Positions 25,328 through 35,293 of a stretch of DNA of 64,000 nucleotides are shown here, in pieces. The translations under genes and the position numbers were made by a program. Under the pieces are notes generated by a model, which saw nothing but the letters and a program-made list of their open reading frames with translations, was not told the DNA's origin and ran no database searches. The stretch comes from Collinsella sp. Lineage in GTDB: Bacteria; Actinomycetota; Coriobacteriia; Coriobacteriales; Coriobacteriaceae. The stretch is taken from the NCBI GenBank assembly GCA_036303765.1, contig JAXIZX010000085.1:15540-79539 (forward strand). Direction: 5' to 3'. How positions within the stretch are numbered: position 1 is the first letter of the stretch; the number at the start of each line of letters is the position of its first letter.

Positions 25328-27361
25328 ATGCGCACCCTCAGGGGATTCCTTTATCTCATCCTCGGCGGCACGCTGTGCGGCTGGATGTTCAACCGCATCG
25401 CCGCCTGGTTCATCGACAACCCGCTCACCGTCGGCTCCAACCACACCGTCGCCGAGTGGGCCGTGATCCTGCAAGACCCGTTCTACCTCGACTCCCGCAC
25501 GATGCCGTTCTTCTTCCTGGCCTTCGGCGCCATCGCGCTGGTGGCCATGACCAAATACGACTGGACCGGCGAGCGCGAGGAGCAGAAGAAGCTGCGCGGC
25601 GAGGAGTACGGCAACCAGCGCTGGGCGCGAGACGACGAGATGCAGCAGTTCGCGCACACCTCGACCGTGAAGCGCGTTCCCATCCGCATCCCGCAGCGCA
25701 CCCGCGACGCGCTGCGCTTCGCCCGCAACAACCCGAAGGACTTCATCAAGGCCAAGCTCGGCATGACGAACAAGGTGTCCAACCCCAAGCCCGACTACGT
25801 CGAGAAGATCGAGGACGACAACATCATCCTGTCCGAGCGCGCCGAGCTCCAGATGTCGAAGATCCCGGACCCGGCGCTCGAGCGCAACAAGCACGTCTAC
25901 GTGCTCGGAGGCTCCGGATCGGGCAAGACCTTCAACTTCGTCGGCCCCAACCTGCTCCAGCTCAACAGCTCGATCGTGACGACCGACCCCAAGGGCGACA
26001 CGCTCAAGCAGTACGGCAACTTCTTCCTTCGCCACGGCTACAAGCTCAAGGTCGTCAACACCAAGCCCGACCAGATCAACCAATCGATGCACTACAACCC
26101 GCTGCTCTACCTCCAGGACTCCACCTCGATCATGCAGATCGTCAACCTGCTGGTGGAGAACACGTCGGGCAACGCCGAGGCCGAGAAGGAGGACTTCTTC
26201 GTCAAGGCCGAGCGCCAGCTCTACATGGCGCTCATGGGATACCTCTTCTACTTCTACGCCGACCAGCCGCAGTACCAGACGTTCCCGCAGATGCTCGACC
26301 TGCTCCAGCTCGCCGGCAAGGACAACCCCAGCCAGACCAAGACGCCGCTGGACATCATCATGCTCGGCACGACCGCCGAGGACGGCTTCCAGGGCTTCGA
26401 GGAGTGGATCGTCGCCAACCACGGCGGCGACGAGGCCGCCGCGCAGGCCTCCGAGGAGTACTTCGTCATCAAGCAGTACAAGGGCTTCAAGTCCACCTCC
26501 GGCTCGCCGGAGACCGAGGCCTCGGTCATCGCGTCGTGCAACGTCCGCCTGGCGCCGTTCGCCGTCTCGGCGGTCCGCGAGTTCTTCAGCGAGGACGAGC
26601 TGGAGCTGGAGATGATCGGTCAGGAGCCCACGGCGTTCTTCCTGGTCATGTCCGATACCGACAAGACATTCAACTTCATCCTGGCGATGCTGCTCTACCA
26701 GCTGTTCGACGTCAACACGGCCATCGCCGACAAGAACCCCGGCTCCCACTGCAAGATCCCGATCAACTGCATCCTCGACGAGCTCGCCAACATCGGCCGC
26801 ATCCCCGACCTCGACGTCAAGATCGCGACCCTGCGCTCGCGCTGGATCTACATCACGGCCATCTTGCAATCGGTCACGCAGCTCAAGAAGATGTACAAGG
26901 ACAACGCCGACATCATCGAGGGCAACTGCGACACGACGCTGTTCCTCGGCCGCTGCGACCTCGAGACCAACAAGAAGATCTCCGAGCGCCTGGGCAAGTT
27001 CACCGCCACGGTCCGCAACCGCAGCGAGTCGCACGGCCGCCAGGGCAACTGGTCTGAGAGCGAGAACAAGATCGGCAAGGAGCTCATGGCCGCGGCCGAC
27101 CTCGGCAACAACCCCGAGAAGTTCGGCGGCGACGACTGCATCGTGTTCATCAAGAACGCCTTCCCGTTCCTCGACAAGAAGTACAGGACGATCGACCACC
27201 CGCGCTACCACGAGCTGCGCGAGGTCGGCGAGTTCAACCTGGACGACTGGAACTGGGACCGCAAGTGCGAGCGCGAGCGCGCGCACCGCGCCGAGATCGA
27301 GGAGATGCGCTGGCGCATCGAGGAGGCGCGCGCCTTTTTCGACCCCGAGTTCTTCATGTAG
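25328..27361 (+). CDS. virD4: type IV coupling protein VirD4/TraG
   Basis: two N-terminal TMs, GGSGSGKT, TDPKG, YNPL, LDELAN and LQSVTQLKKMY. Confidence 0.95.
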   Translation: MRTLRGFLYLILGGTLCGWMFNRIAAWFIDNPLTVGSNHTVAEWAVILQDPFYLDSRTMPFFFLAFGAIALVAMTKYDWTGEREEQKKLRGEEYGNQRWARDDEMQQFAHTSTVKRVPIRIPQRTRDALRFARNNPKDFIKAKLGMTNKVSNPKPDYVEKIEDDNIILSERAELQMSKIPDPALERNKHVYVLGGSGSGKTFNFVGPNLLQLNSSIVTTDPKGDTLKQYGNFFLRHGYKLKVVNTKPDQINQSMHYNPLLYLQDSTSIMQIVNLLVENTSGNAEAEKEDFFVKAERQLYMALMGYLFYFYADQPQYQTFPQMLDLLQLAGKDNPSQTKTPLDIIMLGTTAEDGFQGFEEWIVANHGGDEAAAQASEEYFVIKQYKGFKSTSGSPETEASVIASCNVRLAPFAVSAVREFFSEDELELEMIGQEPTAFFLVMSDTDKTFNFILAMLLYQLFDVNTAIADKNPGSHCKIPINCILDELANIGRIPDLDVKIATLRSRWIYITAILQSVTQLKKMYKDNADIIEGNCDTTLFLGRCDLETNKKISERLGKFTATVRNRSESHGRQGNWSESENKIGKELMAAADLGNNPEKFGGDDCIVFIKNAFPFLDKKYRTIDHPRYHELREVGEFNLDDWNWDRKCERERAHRAEIEEMRWRIEEARAFFDPEFFM

Positions 27362-27368
27362 GAGACCC

Positions 27369-27390
27369 CCGGCGGGGGAGACCCCGCCGG
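27369..27390 (+). terminator. GC hairpin after virD4
   Basis: CCGGCGGGG-GAGA-CCCCGCCGG. Confidence 0.45.
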
Positions 27391-27476
27391 TCGACATATC
27401 TCACCCGCCGCGGCGGGTCAACAGGGCGCCAACGCCATACGGGCGGCGCCGCGACAACAGAAGGGAAAACCCCAAC

Positions 27477-27692
27477 ATGGCTTTCTTCAACCAGCTCCTG
27501 AACTACCTCTGGCAGATCCTCACCTTCGTCGGCGGAATCACCGCCGCCGTGGGCGTCTTCCGCTGGGTCTCCGGCGGCAAGGCCCACGACGCGCAGGCCC
27601 AGGAGGGCGCGGTCTGGGTCATCGCCCTCGGCGGCGCAATGGCCGCAATCGGCCTGGTCGGAGGCAGCTACCTCACCTTCCCCACGATATAG
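27477..27692 (+). CDS. Maff2-like/VirB2-like small membrane protein
   Basis: MAFF start, two TMs, position after virD4. Confidence 0.75.
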   Translation: MAFFNQLLNYLWQILTFVGGITAAVGVFRWVSGGKAHDAQAQEGAVWVIALGGAMAAIGLVGGSYLTFPTI

Positions 27693-27713
27693 GGACGACG
27701 GAGGGAACTCCAT

Positions 27714-28931
27714 ATGACTGCTCTAACGGGAAATATCAGGCGCGCGGGCGGGCCGGCGGCCCCCATGCGCGCCGCGCTCGCGGCCGTGCTGGCGCTCGCG
27801 CTCGCCGCGTCGGCCCTGACCGCGCTGGCCTGCCCATCGCCGGCCCTGGCCGTGGAGACCTCCAAGGAGAGCTTCGAGGCGAAATACAAGGACGACTACC
27901 ACCAGGCGATCAAAGACCGCAAGAAAGACTCCAGCACCACCACGAACACCATGTGGACCGATGACGACCTCATGATGGGCGCCTGCGGGGAGTATCCGGG
28001 CTTCGATGTCGTAAACGCAGGGCCCTGGGTCTCCTATTTCGTCTACAGCACCGCCGAGGGCATCGCGAGCTTCTGCGTCGACTGCGGCGAGGCGATGCTT
28101 CAGTGCATCTCGTCTTCGGGACTGCTCAAGCTCGACTTCACCGGCAAGGGGTCGGATTTCGCCAAGATGTACTCGGCGGCCGCGGAAGTCTCGGTCAAGG
28201 TGATCCAGCCGATATGCGTGGGCTTTTTGGGCCTCGCGTGCGTGTGGGCCCTGCTCGAGTTCTCCAAGGAGGTCTCGACCAACCGCGGCGACCACTTCTC
28301 GATGGCCGGCAACTACGTCTGGATCATCGTCAAGTTCTCGCTGGTCATGGTCCTCATCAGCCATACCGTGCAGCTGTGCGGCGGCGTGTACGAGGTCTTC
28401 CTATGGGTCGCCAACAAGGTCTCCGACACGCTTGCTGCCGGACAGATCGGCGGCGTGGGCTTCAACTCCTTCATGCTCTCCATGATGGAGATCAGGTACA
28501 GCCAGTTCGCGTGGTCGGTCGGCTACGCGCTCGTGGCGCTGGTCATCCTCGTCTCGACCGGCCTGTGCCTGATCAAGGTCCTCACGCTCACCATCACCCG
28601 CATGTTCGAAATCTACCTGATGACGGCATTCGCCGGCTTCCCGCTCGTCATGCTCACGACGCGCGAGACCAGGCCGTCGGGCATCGGGTACTTCAAGAAG
28701 TTCGCGGGCGTGTGCCTCCAGGCGGCGATCCTCATCACGATCATCGCCTTCGCCGGGATCTGCTTCTCGGCAGCCGGGTCGCTTTTGGCGACCAAGCCGA
28801 ACCCCGGCATCGACGACGCGGTCTGGACCATCGTCTCGCTGCTCGCGTCCATGGCCGGCTGCTACGGCTTCTCGGCGCTGTGCGGGCAATCCAAGCATAT
28901 AGCGGACACGATCATGGGGGCGATGGGCTGA
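27714..28931 (+). CDS. VirB6-like polytopic T4SS protein
   Basis: multiple TMs; RMFEIYLMTAFAGFPL...YFKKFAGVCLQ. Confidence 0.8.
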   Translation: MTALTGNIRRAGGPAAPMRAALAAVLALALAASALTALACPSPALAVETSKESFEAKYKDDYHQAIKDRKKDSSTTTNTMWTDDDLMMGACGEYPGFDVVNAGPWVSYFVYSTAEGIASFCVDCGEAMLQCISSSGLLKLDFTGKGSDFAKMYSAAAEVSVKVIQPICVGFLGLACVWALLEFSKEVSTNRGDHFSMAGNYVWIIVKFSLVMVLISHTVQLCGGVYEVFLWVANKVSDTLAAGQIGGVGFNSFMLSMMEIRYSQFAWSVGYALVALVILVSTGLCLIKVLTLTITRMFEIYLMTAFAGFPLVMLTTRETRPSGIGYFKKFAGVCLQAAILITIIAFAGICFSAAGSLLATKPNPGIDDAVWTIVSLLASMAGCYGFSALCGQSKHIADTIMGAMG

Positions 28932-29347
28932 TGGTAGAGATCATCCTGCGCAAGGACATCCAGGACTACGAGGCAAGGCCGCTGTTCGGCTTCACGTACC
29001 GCCAGGTCGCGACCGGCGCCGCCATCGCGATCACCGCCGCCGGCATGGGCCTCGGGATCTCGTCTTTCACCGAGATCAACACGATGTGGCTGATGCTGAT
29101 CATGACCGTGTGCGCCGCAATCGGGCTCGTCGGCCTCGGGCGCATCCACGACCTCAAGTTCGAGCAGTGGTTCGCCATCTGGAAGGCCGACCGCGACTGG
29201 CCGAAGGTCGCCCTGTTCGCCGCTCCGACGCTCTCGCCGTACAGCGACCGCGCCGCCGCCAAGGCGAAAGGCGGCAAGAAGCCCAAGAAGGAGACCAGAG
29301 CGGAGAAGGCGGCGGCGATGGAGGCCGACGCCGAGGCCGAGGCATAG
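28931..29347 (+). CDS. prgI: PrgI-family (VirB3-like) protein
   Basis: KDIQDYEARPLFGFTYRQ followed by two TMs. Confidence 0.85.
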   Translation: MVEIILRKDIQDYEARPLFGFTYRQVATGAAIAITAAGMGLGISSFTEINTMWLMLIMTVCAAIGLVGLGRIHDLKFEQWFAIWKADRDWPKVALFAAPTLSPYSDRAAAKAKGGKKPKKETRAEKAAAMEADAEAEA

Positions 29348-29366
29348 AGATAACGGAGAAATTAAC

Positions 29367-32300
29367 ATGATCTGCCCCAATTGCAACTGCGAGCTCGTGG
29401 ACGGCACCGCGGTGTGCCCCTACTGCGGCACGCCCATGGCGGCCGCCTCGCCGTCCGCCGACGCCACCGCGACCATGCCCCCCATCCAGCAGACGCCCGC
29501 CGCGCCCGCACCGGCTTACCGCGCCGAGGACGTCCCCGTGCCCGCGACTGCGCCCGAGGCCCCGCAGCCCGCCGCGCACGACTACGGCGCGCAGGCCGCA
29601 TACGGACGCGGGGAGGGCGCCGCGACGCCTGCCGCCGCCCAGCGCGACCCCTACGATGACTACTACCGCCAGGCCCCGGCGCCTTCTAGCGCGCCGGCAT
29701 ACCGCGAGCCCGCACCCCAGCCGGCCCGCGACCCCTACGATGACTACCACCGCTCCACCCCGAGCCGCGGCGGGCAGGAACCTGCCGCCCGCGACCCGTA
29801 TGGGGACTACGCCGTATCCGGCGGACGCGGCACCTACGGGGAACATGCCCCACTCGCCGCAGCCCGCGACCCGTACGAGGACTATTACCGCCAGTCCCCG
29901 GCATCCCCGAGCACGCCGGCGTACCGCGAGTCCGCACCCCAGCCGGAGCGCGACCCATACGATGACTACCGCGACGCGCCCCGCGCAGAGGATACGGACG
30001 GGCACGGGCGCCATGGACGGCGCGAGGAGAGCCGCGACGACGTCCGCGCCGAGGGCCGCGACGCACGCCGCCAGCAGAAGCTCAACGCGAAGGCCGCGAA
30101 GGCCCGCAAGCGCCGCGAGCGCGCCGCGGAGAAGGCCGGAAAGAAGAAGGGCATGAAGCGCCTGCTGCCGACCGAGGACTACCCCGGCACGCTCGTGCTG
30201 CGCGCCGACAAGTGCACGCAGGACGCGCTCGGCTACGAGCTTCTGTGCGAGGACGGCACCATCAAGCTCCAGCAGGGCGTCTACAGCCGCGTCGTGGAGT
30301 TCCAGGACGCCAGCTTCCAGGCGGCCCGCGAGTCCGAGCAGCGCGAGATCTACGAGAACTGGTCGGAACTGCTCAACACGTTCGACAACACCGTGCACCT
30401 CCAGGTCAAGATCCTGTGCCGCGTCATCGACCGCGACGCGTTCCGCGAGGACGCCTTCCTGCCGCCCGTCGAGGGCGACTACGCCGGCAACCGCTTCCGC
30501 CGCGACATCAACCAGATCATCGAGAGCAAGGTCGCCGAGACCCAGCAGAACGTCGAGAGGCGCCGACTGTTCATCGTGACCGTCGAGGCGCCGACCCGCG
30601 AGCAGGCGTCCCCGCAGCTCGCCCGCGCGACCGAGCAGGTCATGCGCTCGCTCAAGAACATGGGGATCTCCTCCGAGGAGGTCCGCGGAAACGAGCTGCT
30701 GCGCATCATCGACTCGATCACCAACCCGCGCGACCCGCGCGGCTTCGTCTCGTTCGACGACCTGAAGGTCACCGACGAGCACGGCGTGAGCGCCATCCAG
30801 CTCGGCTACACCACCAAGGACCTCGTCGCGCCCGCCGACCTCACCAAGGTCGACGACACCCATATCTCATGGAACGGCGTCACGGGCCAGGCGCTCTACC
30901 TCCAGAAGTGGGCGGGGTCGGTCCGCTCCGACATGGTCTCGAGCCTGGCGGAGCTCCCCATCAACCAGGTGATCACGCTCGACATGACGAGCTGGGAGCA
31001 GTCGCGCGCCATCGAGACCATCGAGTCGATGAACACCGACCTCAAGGTGCAGAAGTCCGACTACGTGCTCAAGCACTCCCAGACCATGTACATCACCGAC
31101 GAGATGCTGCCGACCAACCTCCAGGACGCCATGGAGAACGCCCGCGACCTGCGCGACGACCTCGTGAGCCGCGACCAGAAGATGTGGTCGCTCACCTGCA
31201 CCACCATGACCTGGGCGGACTCGCTCGAGGACTGCGACGAGAACTCCGGGGCCATCCAGGACGTGTTCCGCCGATTCACCTGCCGCGCAGTGCCCCTCGT
31301 GAATCTCCAGCGACAGGGTTTCGCCGCGATGCTGCCCACGGGCCGCTGCGACATCCCCTACGTGCGAAACCTCACGACCGCCCCGCTCGCGGCGCTCGTG
31401 CCGTTCACGTCGGTCGAGCTCATGGAGCGCGGCGGCATGTGGATGGGCCAGAACCAGACGTCCAAGAACTTCATCTTCTACAACCGCCGCGACGCCGTCG
31501 CGCCCAACGGCTTCATCCTGGGCAAGCCGGGCCGCGGCAAGTCGGTGACGGCCAAGAACACGATCCTGTGGACGCTTCTCACCGACCCCACCGCCGAGGT
31601 CATCGTGCTCGACCCCGAGCGCGAGTACATCAACGTCGCGCACGAGATGGACGGCGAGGTCGTCCAGATCTCCGGCGACTCGCACACCTACATCAACCCG
31701 TTCGACCTCGAGCTCGTGGAGGGCGAACAGCCGCTCGCGATGAAGGTCGACGCCATCATGTCGATGGTCGAGATGATGGCCAAGAACCTCTCGCCGATGC
31801 AGAAGACGCTCGTGGACCGCTGCGTCTCGCGCATCTACGACCGCTACTTCGCCACCCACGACCAGCGCGACATCCCCACGCTGATCGACTTCTACAACAT
31901 GCTCAACCAGCAGCCCGAGCCCGAGGGACGCATGCTCGCCGTCACCATCGAGCGCTACGTCACCGGCCAGGCCTCGCTGTTCAACCACCCGACCAACGTG
32001 AACACGCACAAGCGCTTCGTCGTCTACGACATCCGCGACTGCGCCGACAACATGAAGGGCCTGGCGCTGCTGATCCTGCTCGACCAGACGTGGAACCGCA
32101 TCGTGCGCAACCGCGAGCGCCACGTCCGCACCTGGGTGTTCATCGACGAGATGCAGCTGCTCTTCGAGAACGACTACGCGATCTCGTACTTCGACCAGCT
32201 CTGGACCCGCTCGCGCAAGTACGGCGCCATCCCGACCGGCATCACGCAGAACATCGAGCGCATCATCAACAACGAGAAGAGCCGCCTGATGCTGGCTAAC

Positions 32301-32564
32301 TCCGACTTCCTGGTGCTGCTCGGCCAGTCGGCGTCCGACGCCGCGGCGCTGGGCGAGGTCATCAAGCTCTCCGAGCGCCAGGTCGCGATGATGCGCAACG
32401 CCGGGCCCGGAGAGGGCCTGCTGGTCGCCGGCGGCAAGATCATCCCGTTCGAGAACCGCATCCCGACGGACTCGGCCATCTACCGCATGGTCACCACCAA
32501 GCTCGACGACCTGATCCAGTACTCCAACGAGGACGGGCGCGGCGACGGCGCCCGCCGCGGGTAG
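29367..32564 (+). CDS. virB4: VirB4-like T4SS ATPase with N-terminal zinc ribbon and Pro/Tyr-rich repeats
   Basis: GKPGRGKS, DPEREY, INPFD, FIDEMQ, RKYGAIPTGITQN. Confidence 0.95.
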   Translation: MICPNCNCELVDGTAVCPYCGTPMAAASPSADATATMPPIQQTPAAPAPAYRAEDVPVPATAPEAPQPAAHDYGAQAAYGRGEGAATPAAAQRDPYDDYYRQAPAPSSAPAYREPAPQPARDPYDDYHRSTPSRGGQEPAARDPYGDYAVSGGRGTYGEHAPLAAARDPYEDYYRQSPASPSTPAYRESAPQPERDPYDDYRDAPRAEDTDGHGRHGRREESRDDVRAEGRDARRQQKLNAKAAKARKRRERAAEKAGKKKGMKRLLPTEDYPGTLVLRADKCTQDALGYELLCEDGTIKLQQGVYSRVVEFQDASFQAARESEQREIYENWSELLNTFDNTVHLQVKILCRVIDRDAFREDAFLPPVEGDYAGNRFRRDINQIIESKVAETQQNVERRRLFIVTVEAPTREQASPQLARATEQVMRSLKNMGISSEEVRGNELLRIIDSITNPRDPRGFVSFDDLKVTDEHGVSAIQLGYTTKDLVAPADLTKVDDTHISWNGVTGQALYLQKWAGSVRSDMVSSLAELPINQVITLDMTSWEQSRAIETIESMNTDLKVQKSDYVLKHSQTMYITDEMLPTNLQDAMENARDLRDDLVSRDQKMWSLTCTTMTWADSLEDCDENSGAIQDVFRRFTCRAVPLVNLQRQGFAAMLPTGRCDIPYVRNLTTAPLAALVPFTSVELMERGGMWMGQNQTSKNFIFYNRRDAVAPNGFILGKPGRGKSVTAKNTILWTLLTDPTAEVIVLDPEREYINVAHEMDGEVVQISGDSHTYINPFDLELVEGEQPLAMKVDAIMSMVEMMAKNLSPMQKTLVDRCVSRIYDRYFATHDQRDIPTLIDFYNMLNQQPEPEGRMLAVTIERYVTGQASLFNHPTNVNTHKRFVVYDIRDCADNMKGLALLILLDQTWNRIVRNRERHVRTWVFIDEMQLLFENDYAISYFDQLWTRSRKYGAIPTGITQNIERIINNEKSRLMLANSDFLVLLGQSASDAAALGEVIKLSERQVAMMRNAGPGEGLLVAGGKIIPFENRIPTDSAIYRMVTTKLDDLIQYSNEDGRGDGARRG
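29643..29970 (+). repeat. ~106-bp coding duplication (29643-29748 and 29865-29970) encoding RDPYDDY repeats
   Basis: direct comparison of the two segments. Confidence 0.8.
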
Positions 32565-32577
32565 CGTGACCCGAGCC

Positions 32578-34365
32578 ATGGCAGACGAGAAGCCCACCGT
32601 CACCGACAAGGCGAGCCCGCTAGAGATGGAGAAGGTCAAGCACTCCTCCCTCGAGTATGCCGTGCAGCACGACGGCCCCGCGTACAGGCAGCGGGCCGTC
32701 GCGCCCTACAAGGAATCGGCCCTCCCCGAGCTCACGCGCGGGGAGGCCGCAAGGTCCGTGTTCAAGGACCGCGTCAGCGAGTCCGTCGGCAACGCCCTCG
32801 GCGCGGCGAAGGGAGCCGCCGACGGCGCGGCGAAAGGCGCGGCCAAAGGGGCCGCGAAGGGCGTCCTGCACAGCCCCCGCGCGGCGCTGGAGATGAGCGC
32901 GGCCATCGGCCTTTCCGACGGCAACGCCCAGATCGCCGACGAGGGGGCGCGCGCCGCCGACACCGTCGCCAACGCGGCGATGACCCAGGCCGACCCGCGC
33001 AACCTGTACCGCGAGGGAAAGGCCGTCGCCGACAGGCTGCCGGCGGGACGGGCCCGCAGGCGCATGGCCCGCTGGGACGCGAAATCGAAGAAGGCCCTCG
33101 CCAAGCAGGACAAGGTGCTCGAGCAGCTGGAGCACAAGAGGAAGCGCGCCGACACCATGCGACGCGCCGGGATGTCAGACAAGTCCCTGCTCGGGCGCTG
33201 GATCAACCTCAGGCAGAAGCGGCTCGAGAACAAGGCGGGGCGGCTCGGCGCCAAGGCGGGCCGGCTCGCCGGGACGAACACCTCCGGCATCCGCGGCAAG
33301 CTCATGCAGCTGCGCCGCACCAAGGCGGCCGCCACGAACACCGTCCTCGGCTGGCGCGGCGTGGCCGCGGCGGGCGCCGCGGTGGGCGGCACCGCGGTTA
33401 TCTGCCTAGTCGGGATGTCGCTGCTCAGCGCGGTCATCGGCGGCGCCGCCGCTTCGTCTTCCGGCGGCAGCGCCGAGGGCTACCTGGCCCAGGCGCAGCG
33501 ATACGTCGACGACGACTCCATCGGGTACTCGCAGTCCACGCGTTGCCACAACCCCAACATGGACTGCTCGTCGTTCGTCTACTACTGCCTCGTCGATTCG
33601 GGCTACTGCACGACCGAGCAGCTGGGTACGTACCCGTTCACCACCTCCACCATGGCGGAACCTCTGCTCAAGGCGGGCTTCGAGAAGGTCGAGTGGGACG
33701 GGAAGATGGACTCCCTGCAACGCGGCGACATCCTCGTCAACACCGAGCAGCACACGGAGATCTATGCCGGCGACGGCAAGGACTACGGCGCGCACGAAGA
33801 CCTCGACGGCGCCGACGGCGACTCGTCGGGAGACGAGGTATCGCTGGGGTCTTACTGGAACGACGCCTGGGACACGATCCTGCGTCCCACCGGAGGGGCG
33901 GGCGTCACCATCCCCGAGCAGTACGGCAACGGCGGGTACTCCGTCACCTTCTACACCCCGCGCGGCTGCTACGTCAACGGCCGTGACACCGCGTGGGCGG
34001 CAGGGACGTCGCAGGCGGCGGTCCACTCCAAGTGGTCGCTCGCCGGGGCGAAGTACGACGACGATATCGCGACCTACAACGGCCGCTACCTGATCGCCTG
34101 CACGACGACGTACGGGCGCGTCGGCGACAAGGTCGACTTCACGCTGTCGGACGGCACCGTGATCAAGTGCGTCATCGCCGACGCGAAGAACCCCAACGAC
34201 CAGGGATGCAACAAGTGGGGGCACTCGAACGGCCAGAACGTCATCGAGTTCGAGGTGGAGAGGTCGCGCTTCTACAGGAGCGGCAACCCCGGCAGCTCGA
34301 GCTGGAAGGCCGAATGGGGCGGCAAGCGCGTCTGCTCGTCAGTCAACAGCGGCAGCATCCTCTAG
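32578..34365 (+). CDS. conjugative cell-wall hydrolase, NlpC/P60-type amidase
   Basis: basic cytoplasmic N-terminus and TM; GYSQ...MDCSSFV...LQRGDIL...HTEIY; second C-terminal domain. Confidence 0.85.
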   Translation: MADEKPTVTDKASPLEMEKVKHSSLEYAVQHDGPAYRQRAVAPYKESALPELTRGEAARSVFKDRVSESVGNALGAAKGAADGAAKGAAKGAAKGVLHSPRAALEMSAAIGLSDGNAQIADEGARAADTVANAAMTQADPRNLYREGKAVADRLPAGRARRRMARWDAKSKKALAKQDKVLEQLEHKRKRADTMRRAGMSDKSLLGRWINLRQKRLENKAGRLGAKAGRLAGTNTSGIRGKLMQLRRTKAAATNTVLGWRGVAAAGAAVGGTAVICLVGMSLLSAVIGGAAASSSGGSAEGYLAQAQRYVDDDSIGYSQSTRCHNPNMDCSSFVYYCLVDSGYCTTEQLGTYPFTTSTMAEPLLKAGFEKVEWDGKMDSLQRGDILVNTEQHTEIYAGDGKDYGAHEDLDGADGDSSGDEVSLGSYWNDAWDTILRPTGGAGVTIPEQYGNGGYSVTFYTPRGCYVNGRDTAWAAGTSQAAVHSKWSLAGAKYDDDIATYNGRYLIACTTTYGRVGDKVDFTLSDGTVIKCVIADAKNPNDQGCNKWGHSNGQNVIEFEVERSRFYRSGNPGSSSWKAEWGGKRVCSSVNSGSIL

Positions 34366-34391
34366 CCCATCGAATGAAAGGGAAAGCGAAC

Positions 34392-35282
34392 ATGAACATG
34401 ACCGACAGGTTCAACCCGGCCAACGAGAACGACCCCAAGAGGAAGCTGGCCTACGGCCTGATCGCGCTGGCGTGCGTGATCGCGCTGGGCTTCGGCCTCG
34501 ACGCCGCCTCGTGCTCCCGCACGGGCACCGCGGGCGACGAGGGCGGCAAGCAGGACGCCACCGAGGCGGTCGATGTCGGCAGCGCCGCCGGGGGCGACGA
34601 GCAGGACGGGAAGGAGGCGGGCGACGAGAAGAAAGTCGAGGCGTCGCCGGACCCGTCCGAGACCTCCGGCGTTCGGTTCGAGGGCTTCGACAAGCTCTCG
34701 GGCATGACCGCGACCAAGCGCGAGAGCCTCTGCGACGCCGTGGCCTCGACCATGCGCGCCAACGGCTACGGGCTCGACGAGATCACGGTCTCGATCAAGA
34801 AGAAGCCCCAGGCCACCGATAACGGCACCGTCGTGTTCATGCGCGTGAAGGGCACCGGCGACTGCTACTCGGCGCATTACGCCGACGGCACCTGGACCGT
34901 CTTCCCCCTGCTCGAGCGCGTGGACGGCGTGAACGACGACCTCGCGCAGGACCAGATCGACTCGCGCGCCGACACGGCGGCCGACGCCGACGCCACCGAG
35001 CAGAGCGCCGCGGCGCCCAAGAAGACCTTCGCCATCACCGACACCGAGCAGGCCGCCAAGTACATCGGCGACTCCTGCGCCGGCGCCCTTTTGGACGCAT
35101 GGCGCGCGTTCGCCGCGGAGAAGGAGGGCGGCGCCGATGCCGATTCCGCGCTGTTCTCCCGCGACCATGTGACGCACAACGACGACGGCACGGTCACGTT
35201 CACCGTCTGGATGCCCTCGAGCCAGAAGACCTACCGAGGCGTGGCCGACATGGCCGCCGGCTCGGTCTCCTTCTCCGAGTAG
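34392..35282 (+). CDS. membrane-anchored extracytoplasmic protein
   Basis: N-terminal TM, acidic linkers. Confidence 0.7.
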   Translation: MNMTDRFNPANENDPKRKLAYGLIALACVIALGFGLDAASCSRTGTAGDEGGKQDATEAVDVGSAAGGDEQDGKEAGDEKKVEASPDPSETSGVRFEGFDKLSGMTATKRESLCDAVASTMRANGYGLDEITVSIKKKPQATDNGTVVFMRVKGTGDCYSAHYADGTWTVFPLLERVDGVNDDLAQDQIDSRADTAADADATEQSAAAPKKTFAITDTEQAAKYIGDSCAGALLDAWRAFAAEKEGGADADSALFSRDHVTHNDDGTVTFTVWMPSSQKTYRGVADMAAGSVSFSE

Positions 35283-35293
35283 GGGGGAGCGGC

